A stretch of 64,000 bases of DNA from the NCBI GenBank assembly GCA_965116225.1, contig OZ220495.1, forward strand, positions 149,405-213,404, read 5' to 3'. The translations under genes were made by a program, and so were the position numbers. Numbering within the stretch: position 1 is the stretch's first letter; each line of letters opens with the position of its first letter. The notes under the pieces were generated by a model, which was not told the DNA's origin, ran no database searches, and saw only the letters and a program-made list of their open reading frames with translations. This document shows positions 1 to 9,354 of this stretch, piece by piece. Source of the stretch: Dehalococcoidia bacterium (GTDB taxonomy: Bacteria; Chloroflexota; Dehalococcoidia; Bin125).

Positions 1-1068
1 GTCGAGCTGACGCCGCTCGACGATCTGCTCGGACGGGCGGATGTGGTGACGCTGCACTCGTCGACCTCGTCCGACGCGCCGCCGCTGCTGGGCGCGGAGC
101 AGCTGGCGCGGATGCGGCGCGGCGCGCTACTGGTCAATACGGCGCGCGGGCGCCTGGTCGACGAAGCGGCGCTGCGGGCGGCGCTGGACGCGGGCCGGCT
201 GGGCGGGGCGGCGCTGGACGTGTTCGCCGTCGAACCGGCGCACGAGAATCCGCTGATCGCGCATCCGCTGGTGCTGGCGACGCCGCATCTGGGCGCCTCG
301 ACGCAGGAGGCGCAGGAGCGGGTCGCCGTGGATATCGCCCGGGAGACGCTGCGCGTGCTCGGCGGTCGTCCCTCGCAGGCAGCCGTGAACGCGCCGCTGA
401 TCGATCCGCAGTCGCTGGAAATCGTCGGTCCCTACCTGTCGGTGGCCGAGACGTGCGGTCGGCTGGCGACGCAGCTCGCCCGCGGCCAGTGGCGCGACAT
501 CACGATTCACTATCGCGGCGAGATCGCCAAGCACGACGTGACGCCGCTCAAGGCATCGGTCGTGGCCGGACTGCTGGCGCCGATCTCGGACGAGCATGTC
601 AACCTGGTCAACATTAACAACGTGATCGCGCATCGCGGCTGGCGCATCTTGGAACGCAAGATGCCTGACGCCGAACCGTTCACCTCGACGATCGCGGTGT
701 CGTTGCGCACCTCGTCCGGGGCCACCTCGCTGATGGGCACGCTGGAGCACGGGCGGGCGGCGGTGGTCGAGATCAACGGCTTTCAGGTGCACATCGCCAG
801 CGCGCTGCCGCGACCGGGCCGCTCGCAGGATCACCTGCACCTGCTGGTCCTGCGCAACGAGGATCGTCCCGGTCGAATCGGCGAGGTGGGCATGGCGCTG
901 GGCGGGCTCGATGTCAATATCGCCGCTATGGATGTGGGTTTCAGCGGGCGGGGAGCGGACGAGATGTCGCTGATGGCGCTGACCATCTCGCGCGCGCTGA
1001 CGGCGGACGAAGTCGACGCGCTGGCGTCGATTGACGGGGTGGAGGACGTGTCGCAGGCGCGGATGTAG
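1..1068 (+). CDS. serA: D-3-phosphoglycerate dehydrogenase, C-terminal part (5' end lies outside the window)
   Basis: In-frame from nt 1 (VELTPLDDLLGRADVVTLH...). NAD-binding/catalytic segment LGGAALDVFAVEP...ATPHLGASTQEAQERVA followed by an ACT-like C-terminal domain. Stop at 1066-1068. Confidence 0.85.
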   Translation, partial: VELTPLDDLLGRADVVTLHSSTSSDAPPLLGAEQLARMRRGALLVNTARGRLVDEAALRAALDAGRLGGAALDVFAVEPAHENPLIAHPLVLATPHLGASTQEAQERVAVDIARETLRVLGGRPSQAAVNAPLIDPQSLEIVGPYLSVAETCGRLATQLARGQWRDITIHYRGEIAKHDVTPLKASVVAGLLAPISDEHVNLVNINNVIAHRGWRILERKMPDAEPFTSTIAVSLRTSSGATSLMGTLEHGRAAVVEINGFQVHIASALPRPGRSQDHLHLLVLRNEDRPGRIGEVGMALGGLDVNIAAMDVGFSGRGADEMSLMALTISRALTADEVDALASIDGVEDVSQARM

Positions 1069-1096
1069 GGGTCGTCGAGCGGCGCGTTGAGCGGGA

Positions 1097-2317
1097 TCAG
1101 TCGAACGGATGCAGGACGAGCCCGGTGGGCAGCTTGGGCACGAAGTAGGTGCTCTTCTGTGGCATGAATGATCCGGCGTCGGCGGTGTCGATCACATCCT
1201 GCAGCGTCGGCGCGGGCAGGACGAAGCCGGCCTTGGCGCGGCCGCCCGCGACGGCCTCGATCAGCTCGCTCAGATGGTGCGTATAGGCAATCGCTTCACC
1301 GTCCGCCAGCGCGTCGGCGTCGATGCCGAGCAGCGGTTCGAGGATGGCATGCTGGAGGATCGCGGGCGCCAACCCGCGCCAGGCGTCGGGCGCGTCGACG
1401 AGCATCGCGGCGCGGGCGGCCGCGGTCGGCGTCAGTCGCCAGGCGCCGTCCGGCGTGATCAGGCCGATCTCGGCGCTGCCGTCGGGCAGCGCGTCCACCA
1501 GCTGGGCGGCGTCAAGCTCGTCGATGCGGAACCCGCGCCCCAGCTGGGCGACGAGACTGGCGGGCAGATCGACGCGGACGAGCCGGTGCGTCGCGCCGAC
1601 GACCAGACCCGGGTCCGACTGGCAGACGATGCCCATCAGCACGCGGCGCGAAGCGGAGCGCTGATCGATGGCGGCCAGCGCCGATTCGTAGCGATGGTGT
1701 CCATCGGCCATGTAGATCGTGTCGCTGGCGAAGGCGCGGCTGATCGCCGCCGCGCGGGCGGGATCGTCGATGCGCCTCAGCGTGTGCGCGTCGCCGGTGG
1801 GGTCGACGCCGATATGGATCGGCGCCAGTTCAGCGGCGTCGTCGATCAACGCCGCCAGCGCGCCGGCGCGGTCGGGGACGAACGCCATCAGCGGCGAGAC
1901 GTCCGCGCCCACGGCCGAGCGCAGCGCCGCGCGGACGGCTTTGGGCCCCGGCATCGTGCGTTCGTGGGCCATGACGCCATCGCCCCAGGCGGTGAGCGCG
2001 ACCGCGCCGAACAGGGCCCGGCGCGTCTGTCGGTCGCCGAACCGATCGTCGAACTGGTGCTCGTGCAGGTAATAGCTGGGCGCTGCGTCCCGCACGAGCG
2101 CGCCAGCCTCGCGCCAGTCGCGCAGGTGCCGAGCGGCGGCGTCGATCTCGTCGCCGCCGGCCGTCTCGATATGTGTGATCTGGTACGGGCTCGACGCCTT
2201 CAGCCTGGCGGTCTGGTCGGCGTCGACGATGTCGTAGGGCGGGCCCAGCACGGTGCCCCAGTCGTCGATCAGGGTGGGGTTGTAGCGGAGCGCTCGGAAC
2301 GGCTGGACGTCGACCAT
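1097..2317 (-). CDS. DUF1015 family conserved hypothetical protein
   Basis: ORF 1097..2806 trimmed to internal ATG at 2317 (MVDVQPFRALRYNP...), the typical DUF1015 N-terminus. The upstream extension is R/A/P-rich and overlaps the paralogue 3' flank. Confidence 0.65.
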   Translation of the reverse strand: MVDVQPFRALRYNPTLIDDWGTVLGPPYDIVDADQTARLKASSPYQITHIETAGGDEIDAAARHLRDWREAGALVRDAAPSYYLHEHQFDDRFGDRQTRRALFGAVALTAWGDGVMAHERTMPGPKAVRAALRSAVGADVSPLMAFVPDRAGALAALIDDAAELAPIHIGVDPTGDAHTLRRIDDPARAAAISRAFASDTIYMADGHHRYESALAAIDQRSASRRVLMGIVCQSDPGLVVGATHRLVRVDLPASLVAQLGRGFRIDELDAAQLVDALPDGSAEIGLITPDGAWRLTPTAAARAAMLVDAPDAWRGLAPAILQHAILEPLLGIDADALADGEAIAYTHHLSELIEAVAGGRAKAGFVLPAPTLQDVIDTADAGSFMPQKSTYFVPKLPTGLVLHPFD

Positions 2318-2639
2318 GGCGTGGGATTCTCGCAGCGCATCCGGTTTTGGCGTCGGCCCACGGAGGGCTGGACCGACGCGATGAGGCAAGCGTATCGCAC
2401 GTAATCGCACCGTGCCGCGCTGCGACGGCCGTCGCTCCCGCGCAGAGTCGCAGGCCTGCGTCCTGTGCGGGAATCTCGTTCGGCGCTCGTCGAGCCAAGC
2501 CAGCAGCGAGATGCCAACGAGCTGGGCATGACGGACGAGGCGGGAATGGCGGCAGGAAGGCGCGCCGTCGCTGCTCGACAGCGCCCCGGGCGCAGAGTGA
2601 CAAGGGGGGGCAGCGGAACGGGGCGCGGTTAACGAGCGA

Positions 2640-2672
2640 GTGGGACGAGGTCTTGCGACCCCGCCCCACTCG
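2640..2672 (-). terminator. Conserved GC-rich hairpin just downstream of paralogue A stop
   Basis: Inverted repeat gagtgggacgagg...ccccgccccactc. Homologous hairpins follow paralogues B (6815-6850) and C (23250-23281). Confidence 0.4.
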
Positions 2673-2697
2673 GGTTGTGCTCGCCGCGCTTCGGCGA

Positions 2698-5178
2698 CTA
2701 GTTGCTGATGTAGAGGATGTCCGAGCGGCCGACCGTGAAATCGCTCGAACCCGGCACCATCGTCCCATCCACAACGGAATAGCGAACCCAGGCCGAGCCG
2801 TTCCACAGGTGGACGGCGCTGGCGCCGCGACCCGAGACCAGACCGAAGACCTCCGACGCCGTTGATTCGACATCGCAGGTCCAGGTGGCGAAGCCGCTCA
2901 AGGCGCTGAGACAGTCCAGACTCGCTTCCGCCGCCGGCGCCGCGGGCGCGCCGGCCGTGCTGATCAGCACCTCGACGTCGCGCGCCGGCGTCGAATCGTC
3001 CGAGACCGTGGCTCGCACCACCGCCCGACCGGCCCCGACCACCGTCAGCGTCGTCGTCGCCTTGCCGGCTACCGTCAGCGCCGACGTATCGTCCAGCACC
3101 GCCACCGCATCGTCGTCGCCGACCAGGTCCGACACCCCGAATGCGACCATGGTGCCGTCCGCCACCGCGTTGCCGCCGGCGTCTGTGACCATCACGCTCG
3201 CCGTCACGCCCTGACCAATCTCGGTCGCCGGCACCGGATCCAGCGTCAGATCGACCTCGTCCGCCGCGCCCACGACCATGAGCGTCGTCGACGCCTTCAG
3301 CGTCCCCGACGTCACCTCAAGTGTGTACGTCCCAGCCGCCAGCGCCGATGTGATCGCCGCGTCGATGTCCAGCATCAGACTGCTCATCATCGAACCCGAC
3401 TGCGTCGTCTCGTACTTGCTCTGCGCCACCAGCGCGCCGCCCGACGTCTTCAGCATCGCCGTCACGGTCGGTACCGTAACCGCCGAACCGGAGGCGTCCG
3501 TCGCGTCAAGCATGAACGAAATCTGGTCGCGCGCGTCCGTGCCGCTATCCGCCTTGGTCGCCGCGTTATAGTCGGCCGCCTGGTCGTTGCCGACGTTGTA
3601 GCCCAACACGTTGCTGGGCGCCGCGCCGATGCTCAGCGAGGTGGCCGGACCCGAGAACCGCACCTGGACCGGGTCGGGTCGATGCACCTGACCGCCCGAG
3701 ATCACGGTCGCCGTGACCGTCGCCGTACCCGGCGACGCCGGCGCCTTCAGCTCAATCCGCATCTTGGCCGGCAGTTGGTCGCCCGACGCCCGCAGACTGC
3801 TCAGGTCGAGCTCGCAGGCCGCCGAGTTCTGCGTCTTGCAGTTCGCCGCCTGAGCCGTCTCGGACCCCATCGCGCCGATGCTCTGCGTCGACAGCGTCCC
3901 GCCCGTGGTCGTGACCACAATCGACGAGACCGCGCTCGCCTCCGACGGCTGGTTGCTCCCGCTCAACACCGACAGCGACAGCTCGGTCGTCCCCGTGCCC
4001 GCCATAATCGTGGTCGGCTCGGCCGTGGTCGCGTCGTCGACGTAGCCGTCCTTGGGCGTCGTATCCGTATCGCCGGCCATCGCCTTGCGCGGCGAACTGG
4101 GGCCGAAACTCACCGTCCCCACCTGGTTCGCCGTCGGACTCACCGTCAGCACCTTCGTGACCGTAATCGGCGTCGTGTCCAGCGCGCCCCGCTGTCCCTT
4201 GACCGTCACCGGGTAATCGCCCGCCGGCGTACCCGACGGAACGACGATCTCAATCGAGATGACATTGGTACCGGTCGTGTCCGATACCGCTCCGGGCAGC
4301 ACATTATCGGCGGTGCACCCTTTGCCCACGTAGGCGTATCCATTACTGCCGCTGCTACTGTCCGAACTGGTGCTGCCGTAGTTAACGCGGAAGCAGGTTT
4401 CCGCAAGCGCCTGATAAATCCAGTAGGCAGTTGCAGCCCTGTACGGATATTCAGAGTTCCTGAAGTATGTCTGCGAATATCCGTCGATCAGCGCGCCCAA
4501 CGGAACCCGAAGCACCCGAATGTCGGGGTCGCTATCCTTGTCGTGGTCGGCCGTGGTGATGGACCGGCTGCGATCCCGATCCAGGTAGTCATCGGGAACG
4601 GACTCGGTGCGCACCATGTCGAAGTTCAGACCGGGAACCTCGGCGCTGTTCACCAGGGCCCCGTTCTTGCCCGTCACCTTGAGCTGCACGTTCGTCCCCG
4701 CCGGCACCACGCCGTCGGACTCGCCCACGAACACGACCTCGAGCGACGGTGTCGCCTCCGGCGTGGTCGAGGGCGCCTGGTCGGCCGCATACGTCGTCAC
4801 CGTGATCGTGTAGCGGTTCAGCGCGATCCCGTTGTCGGTCACGACGATCTCGTAGACCGCCGAACCGGTGTCGTCTTCGCTATCGGCGTCCCGATCCGAG
4901 GGGGTGAAGGTGACCACCCGGCCCGACACCGAGGGGCTGTCCGACGCCAGCGTCTTGGTCCCGCCGCTCTTCCAGACCGCGCTGACCGTGCCCGTGCCCG
5001 GAATCGTCCGCGTGCACGGTACCGCCGCCGGCGTGCCGCCCTCTCCCGCCTGGGTCACCGTGCAGGCGGGCAGCGTCGTCTGCGCCTCAGCCGGTTGCGA
5101 GACCGCCGCCAGCGCGAGCGCCAACGCGACGAGCGCTGCCCCCCCCCCAATAATTTGGTTGATTTGGTTGATGCGCAT
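2698..5178 (-). CDS. Secreted Big_1 (invasin/intimin-type Ig-like) repeat surface protein, paralogue A; in frame only from secondary ATG at 5178
   Basis: 827 aa from ATG 5178 (MRINQINQIIGGGAALVALALALAAVSQPAEA, signal peptide). C-terminal ~480 aa nearly identical to the paralogues at 6870 and 23306, with Big_1-like motifs (GVTASVMVTDAGGNAVADGTMVAF). The G10 tract at 5149-5158 encodes GGG. Confidence 0.75.
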   Translation of the reverse strand: MRINQINQIIGGGAALVALALALAAVSQPAEAQTTLPACTVTQAGEGGTPAAVPCTRTIPGTGTVSAVWKSGGTKTLASDSPSVSGRVVTFTPSDRDADSEDDTGSAVYEIVVTDNGIALNRYTITVTTYAADQAPSTTPEATPSLEVVFVGESDGVVPAGTNVQLKVTGKNGALVNSAEVPGLNFDMVRTESVPDDYLDRDRSRSITTADHDKDSDPDIRVLRVPLGALIDGYSQTYFRNSEYPYRAATAYWIYQALAETCFRVNYGSTSSDSSSGSNGYAYVGKGCTADNVLPGAVSDTTGTNVISIEIVVPSGTPAGDYPVTVKGQRGALDTTPITVTKVLTVSPTANQVGTVSFGPSSPRKAMAGDTDTTPKDGYVDDATTAEPTTIMAGTGTTELSLSVLSGSNQPSEASAVSSIVVTTTGGTLSTQSIGAMGSETAQAANCKTQNSAACELDLSSLRASGDQLPAKMRIELKAPASPGTATVTATVISGGQVHRPDPVQVRFSGPATSLSIGAAPSNVLGYNVGNDQAADYNAATKADSGTDARDQISFMLDATDASGSAVTVPTVTAMLKTSGGALVAQSKYETTQSGSMMSSLMLDIDAAITSALAAGTYTLEVTSGTLKASTTLMVVGAADEVDLTLDPVPATEIGQGVTASVMVTDAGGNAVADGTMVAFGVSDLVGDDDAVAVLDDTSALTVAGKATTTLTVVGAGRAVVRATVSDDSTPARDVEVLISTAGAPAAPAAEASLDCLSALSGFATWTCDVESTASEVFGLVSGRGASAVHLWNGSAWVRYSVVDGTMVPGSSDFTVGRSDILYISN
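5149..5158 (-). repeat. Homopolymeric G10 tract (C10 on plus) inside the signal-peptide coding region of paralogue A
   Basis: Counted directly. Homologous tracts are G12 (9272-9283) and G13 (25789-25801). Confidence 0.8.
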
Positions 5179-5472
5179 CGGCGCATGTTGGCGCGCATCC
5201 GCGCAAGTCTCTGAACCATCTCCAGCCCCTTTCCCGAGACCAGTCGCCGCCCCGTCCGCTCGGGGCGCTCTCCGCCCAAGTATCGCACAGGCAATACCGC
5301 GCAAGACCCCGTATTTCGGTTCTTTTCAAGAATTTACGCTCTGGTTACGATCATTCTGCCGATTTCCGCGGCCCGCCTCCGTCGTACTCGCGCTCTGCCC
5401 GGGCCACAAGAGAACGTCATGTCCGCGCCGGGCGCGGCATGACCGTAGGGGGGGCGCGCCCCTCACCCTTCA

Positions 5473-5850
5473 CTAACTCCGATGTACTCTTCGCGCCCGG
5501 CGGCACTCTAGCGTGAAGGCGTTTTCGTCAGACTCGTTGCGCGCCCACTCGCAATCCAACGGACCGAGCCATTCGAACTCGACCTCGACGGGCTCCGACC
5601 AGCGTTGGCACTGCGATGAGTAGGCGCTGACCCGTACGCCCAGCGTGGGCCAGTTCTGGATCGGCAGATTATCGATCGTCCGCGACAGATCCGCGTCCGC
5701 GGAACCAAATTCGACCGCGTCTGCAACATTCGCGGCCGTCCGTCTCGACCTGCGCGTCCCACTCGGCTCTGGCCTTGCGCAGGGCTGTAATGGCGGCTGA
5801 ATCAAGCATTGCCGACTCCCGCCCGATATCGCACGCTTTGGCTTTGCCAC
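5473..5850 (-). CDS. Hypothetical small protein (weak call)
   Basis: ORF has a W-rich, non-biased C-terminal half (NWPTLGVRVSAYSSQCQRWSEPVEVEFEWLGPLDCEW). Start uncertain. Confidence 0.25.
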   Translation of the reverse strand: MAKPKRAISGGSRQCLIQPPLQPCARPEPSGTRRSRRTAANVADAVEFGSADADLSRTIDNLPIQNWPTLGVRVSAYSSQCQRWSEPVEVEFEWLGPLDCEWARNESDENAFTLECRRARRVHRS

Positions 5851-5895
5851 GAGTATAGGAAGCAGGCGCTGGTCGGGCCGGTTTCGTGGCGCTAG

Positions 5896-6522
5896 CTAGC
5901 CGCCGTTGCCGTTGGCATCAGGGTTGGGGTCGGGATTGCCGTTGGGATTGGGGTTAGCGCCGGGATTGCCGTTGGCATCGGGGTTAGGGTCGGGATTGCC
6001 ATTGGCATCGGGGTTAGGGTCAGGATTGCCGTTGGCATCGGGGTTAGGGTCGGGATTGCCGTTGGGATTGGGGTTAGGGTCGGGATTGCCGTTGGCATCG
6101 GGGTTGGGGTCGGGATTGCCATTGGCATCGGGGTTGGGGTCGGGATTGCCATTGGCATCGGGGTTAGGGTCGGGATTGCCGTTGGCATCGGGGTTAGGGT
6201 CGGGATTGCCGTTGGGATTGGGGTTAGCGCCGGGATTGCCATTGGCATCGGGGTTAGCGCCGGGATTGCCGTTGGGATTGGGGTTAGCGCCGGGATTGCC
6301 ATTGGCATCGGGGTTAGCGTCCGGTGGCGTTGGCGTCGGGGTTGGCGGCGGCGGCGGCGGCGGGGCTGGTGGCGTCGGCGTCGGCGTCGGGGTCGAGGCT
6401 GAAGGCCTATCGCCACCGCTGCAGCCGTCTCGGGCGTCAACCGACTCAATGGCGGCGATGGCTCCGATGATCACGGCGATGCTCAGCGCTGCCGTCGCCG
6501 CTGCTATCCGTAGGCGTTCCAT
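5896..6522 (-). CDS. Membrane-anchored/secreted low-complexity protein with Pro/Thr linker and about 14 NP(D/N)ANG decapeptide repeats
   Basis: ATG at 6522 preceded by AAGGAG (spacing 6). Hydrophobic N-terminus (MERLRIAAATAALSIAVIIGAIAAI), then a PTPTPTPPAPPPPPPPTPTPTPP linker and a tandem (DANGNPDPNP)n array. The plus-strand alternative frame (GLGSGLPLAS)n has no signal or RBS. Confidence 0.55.
   Translation of the reverse strand: MERLRIAAATAALSIAVIIGAIAAIESVDARDGCSGGDRPSASTPTPTPTPPAPPPPPPPTPTPTPPDANPDANGNPGANPNPNGNPGANPDANGNPGANPNPNGNPDPNPDANGNPDPNPDANGNPDPNPDANGNPDPNPDANGNPDPNPNPNGNPDPNPDANGNPDPNPDANGNPDPNPDANGNPGANPNPNGNPDPNPDANGNGG
5935..6315. repeat. 30-bp tandem repeat array (about 12-13 units, variants gggattgccgttggcatcggggttagggtc)
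   Basis: Direct reading of the sequence. Units differ by single substitutions (agggtc vs agcgcc vs ggggtc). Confidence 0.85.
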
Positions 6523-6814
6523 GAGGATCTCCTTCTCTGTCGCCCCGCCTGTCAGGGCACTCCCGGATATATTCGGGCAGTCGCGTGTTATGGCCAAGCT
6601 GGCAAACCGCTGCCGAACAGGTACCAGAGAGGGATAGGAAGCGGGCGAGCGGGTCGCGGAGGCTGGGCTTCGAGCGTCAGCTCGCCTTCGGACGCGTCTG
6701 GTCGATCAGCGGTCGAATGCGGCGTTGCGCACGGGGGTGGGAATGGGGCAGTTGCGCGCCGACGCCGGAGGCGAGGGCATGATCGGCATCTCCGCAGCGG
6801 AACTTAACGACGAG

Positions 6815-6850
6815 CGGGGCGAGGTCTGGCGACCCCGCCCCGCTTGGGTT
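6815..6850 (-). terminator. Conserved hairpin downstream of paralogue B
   Basis: gagcggggcgagg...ccccgcccc, homologous to 2640-2672 and 23250-23281. Confidence 0.4.
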
Positions 6851-6869
6851 GTTCGACTCTGCTCAGCGG

Positions 6870-9354
6870 TTAGTTGCTGATGTAGAGGATGTCCGAGCGG
6901 GAGACGGCGAAGTCGCTGGAGCCGGGCACCAAGGTTCCGCCGACGACCGAGTAGCGGATCCAGGCGGTACCGTTCCACAGGTGGACGGCGGTCGCGCCCC
7001 GACCGGAGACCAGACCGAAGACCTCGGAGGCCGTCGATGTGACGTCGCAGGTCCAGGCGGCGAAGCCGGTCCAGGCGCTCAGACAGTCCAGACCCACGGT
7101 CTCGGCCGCCGCCGCCGCGGGCGCGCCGGCCGTGCTGATCAGCACCTCGACGTCGCGCTCCGGCGTCGAGTCGTCCGAGACCGTCGCTCGCACGACCGCG
7201 CGACCGGCGCCCACGACCGTCAGCGTCGTCGAGGCTTTGCCGGCTACCGTCAACGCCGTCGTATCGTCCAGCACTGCCACCGCGTCGTCGTCGCCGACCA
7301 AGTCCGAGACGCCGAACGTGACCATCGTGCCGTCCGCCACCGCGTTGCCGTCGGCATCGGTGACCATCACGCTCGCCGTCACGCCCTGACCAATCTCGGT
7401 GGCCGGGACCGGATCGAGCGTCAAATCGACCTCGTCCGCCGCGCCCACGACCATGAGCGTCGTTGACGCCTTCAGCGTCCCCGACGTCACCTCCAGCGTG
7501 TACGTCCCCGCCGCCAGCGCCGATGTCATCGCCGCGTCGATGTCCAGCATCAGATTGTTCATCATCGAACCCGACTGGGTCGTCTCGTACTTGCTCTGCG
7601 CGACCAGCGCGCCGCCCGACGTCTTCAGCATCGCGCTCACGGTCGGCACCGTGACCGCGGAGCCGGAGGCGTCCGTCGCGTCGAGCATGAACGAAATCTG
7701 GTCGCGGGCGTCCATGCCCGCGTCCGCCTTGGTCGCCGCGTTGTAGTCGGCCGCCTCGTCGTTGCCGACGTTGTAGCCGAGCACGTGACTCGGCGCCGCG
7801 CCGATGCTCAGCGAGGTGGCCGGGCCGGAGAACCTGATTTGGACCGGGTCGGGTCGATGCACTGTGCCGCCCGAGATCACGGTCGCGGTGACCATCGCCG
7901 TACCCGGCGTCGCCGGCGCCTTGAGCTGAATGCGCATCTTGGCCGGCAGCGGATCGCCCGACGCCTTCAGGCTGGTCAGGTCGAGCTCGCAGGCAGCCTG
8001 ACCGCCGGTCTTACAGGTCGCCTTCTGGTCGACCAGGGCGCCGGCCGGGCCGATCTGCTCGGTCGACAGCGTGCCGCCCGTGGTCGTAATCACAATCGAC
8101 GAGACCGCGCTGGCCTCGGACGGCTGGTTGCTCGCGCTCAATACCGAGAGCGACAGCTCGGTCGTGCCCGTGCCGGCCATAATCGTGGTCGGCTCCGCCG
8201 TGGTCGCGTCGTCGATGTAGCCATCCTTGGGCGTCGTATCCGTATCGCCGGCCATCGCCTTGCGCGGCGAACTGGGGCCGAAGCTCACCGTCCCCACCTC
8301 GTTCGCTGTGGGGCTGACCGTCAGCGTCTTCGAGATGGGCGTCAGCGGCGTCGGGTCCTTCAGGCTGCGCTGACCGTACAGCGTGACGACGTAATCACCG
8401 GCAGGCGTGCCCCTGGGCACGACGAGCTCCAGCTCGTACTGGGAGGTATGGAGCGCGCCCGCCGTTTCGCCCTCGTTGCAATAGGATGGGGGGTTGGTAT
8501 TGATTGCCTTTTGGCAGCGACCCCGGAGCAGGAACTCGGCTAAGATGTACTGTAACTGCCCACTCCCGTATTTCGGATTGATTCTGCCAGTGAAGTGCGG
8601 CTCGGATGAGGTGTAGATGTCCGAACCGAGCGACGATGAGCGCGTGATCCGCACATCCATCTTGTCATCCACATCGTGATCCTTGTCGTCGACGGTTTCG
8701 TCCCCATTCCGATCCAGCGTGTCGTCGCCCCAGTAGGCGGTCCGCTTGCCGAAGAAAGTCAACCCTCCCGAAACGGTGATCCGCGTCGGCCATGCATCGT
8801 TCTTGGAGACGTACCTGACGATGACGTTCGTGCCCGCGGTGACGACGCCGTCGGACTCGCCCAGGAAGACGAGCTCGAGCGAGGGCGTCGTCGTCGTGGT
8901 CGCCGGCGCCTGGTCGGCCGCGTAGGTGGTCACCGTGATCGTGAAACGGGCCAGCACGATCCCGTTCTCGGTCGCGATGATCTCGTAGACCGCCGAACCG
9001 GTGTCGTCGTCGCTATCGGCGTCCCGATCCGAAGGCGTGAACGTCACCACCTTCCCCGACACCGAGGGGCTGTCCGCCGCCAGCGTGCTGTCCTTGCCGC
9101 TCTTCCAGACCGCGCTGATCGTGCCCGTGGCCGGAATCGTCCGCGTGCAGGGCACTGCCGCGGGGTCGTCGCCCTCTCCCGCCTGGGTCACCGTGCAGGC
9201 GGGCAGCGTCGTCTGCGCCTCAGCCGGCTGCGAGACCGCCGCCAGCGCTAGCGCCAACGCGACTAGCGCTGCCCCCCCCCCCCAATAATTTGGTTGACTT
9301 AGTTGATGCGCGTCGGCGCATGTTGACGCGCATCCGCGCCAGGCTCTTGACCAT
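6870..9354 (-). CDS. Big_1 repeat surface protein, paralogue B; out of frame at the G12 tract in this sequence
   Basis: SD-linked start ATG 9354 (gggaagagagg-N5-ATG, MVKSLARMRVNMRRRASTKSTKLLGGGG). The conserved signal core and mature protein (AALVALALALAAVSQPAEAQTTLPACTVTQ...) are in another frame and are only in frame if the tract is G11 or G14. The stop-to-stop ORF is 6870..9404. Confidence 0.65.
9272..9283 (-). repeat. Homopolymeric G12 tract in the signal-peptide region of paralogue B
   Basis: Counted directly (9 C + 3 C on the plus strand). Confidence 0.8.

Noticed and set aside
1168-2873. Several long ORFs (1274..2404 +, 1830..2873 -, 2347..2865 +) overlapping the DUF1015 gene and the paralogue 3' flank
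   Set aside because: They are Arg/Ala/Gly/Pro-rich antisense or off-frame ORFs, as expected in ~70% GC DNA. The DUF1015 frame has recognisable family sequence.
2885-5476. Plus-strand ORFs opposite the adhesin paralogues (e.g. 3682..5214 +, 510 aa; similar ones opposite copies B and C)
   Set aside because: They are extremely Arg-rich (RRRRLQLNPHLGRQ...) and mirror the Thr/Ser/Ala/Val-rich coding strand. The minus frames have a signal peptide, an RBS and domain homology.
5906-6637. Plus-strand (GLGSGLPLAS)n ORF across the 30-bp repeat array
   Set aside because: No signal peptide, RBS or defined start. The minus-strand frame has AAGGAG-ATG and a membrane anchor. Kept as a caveat only.
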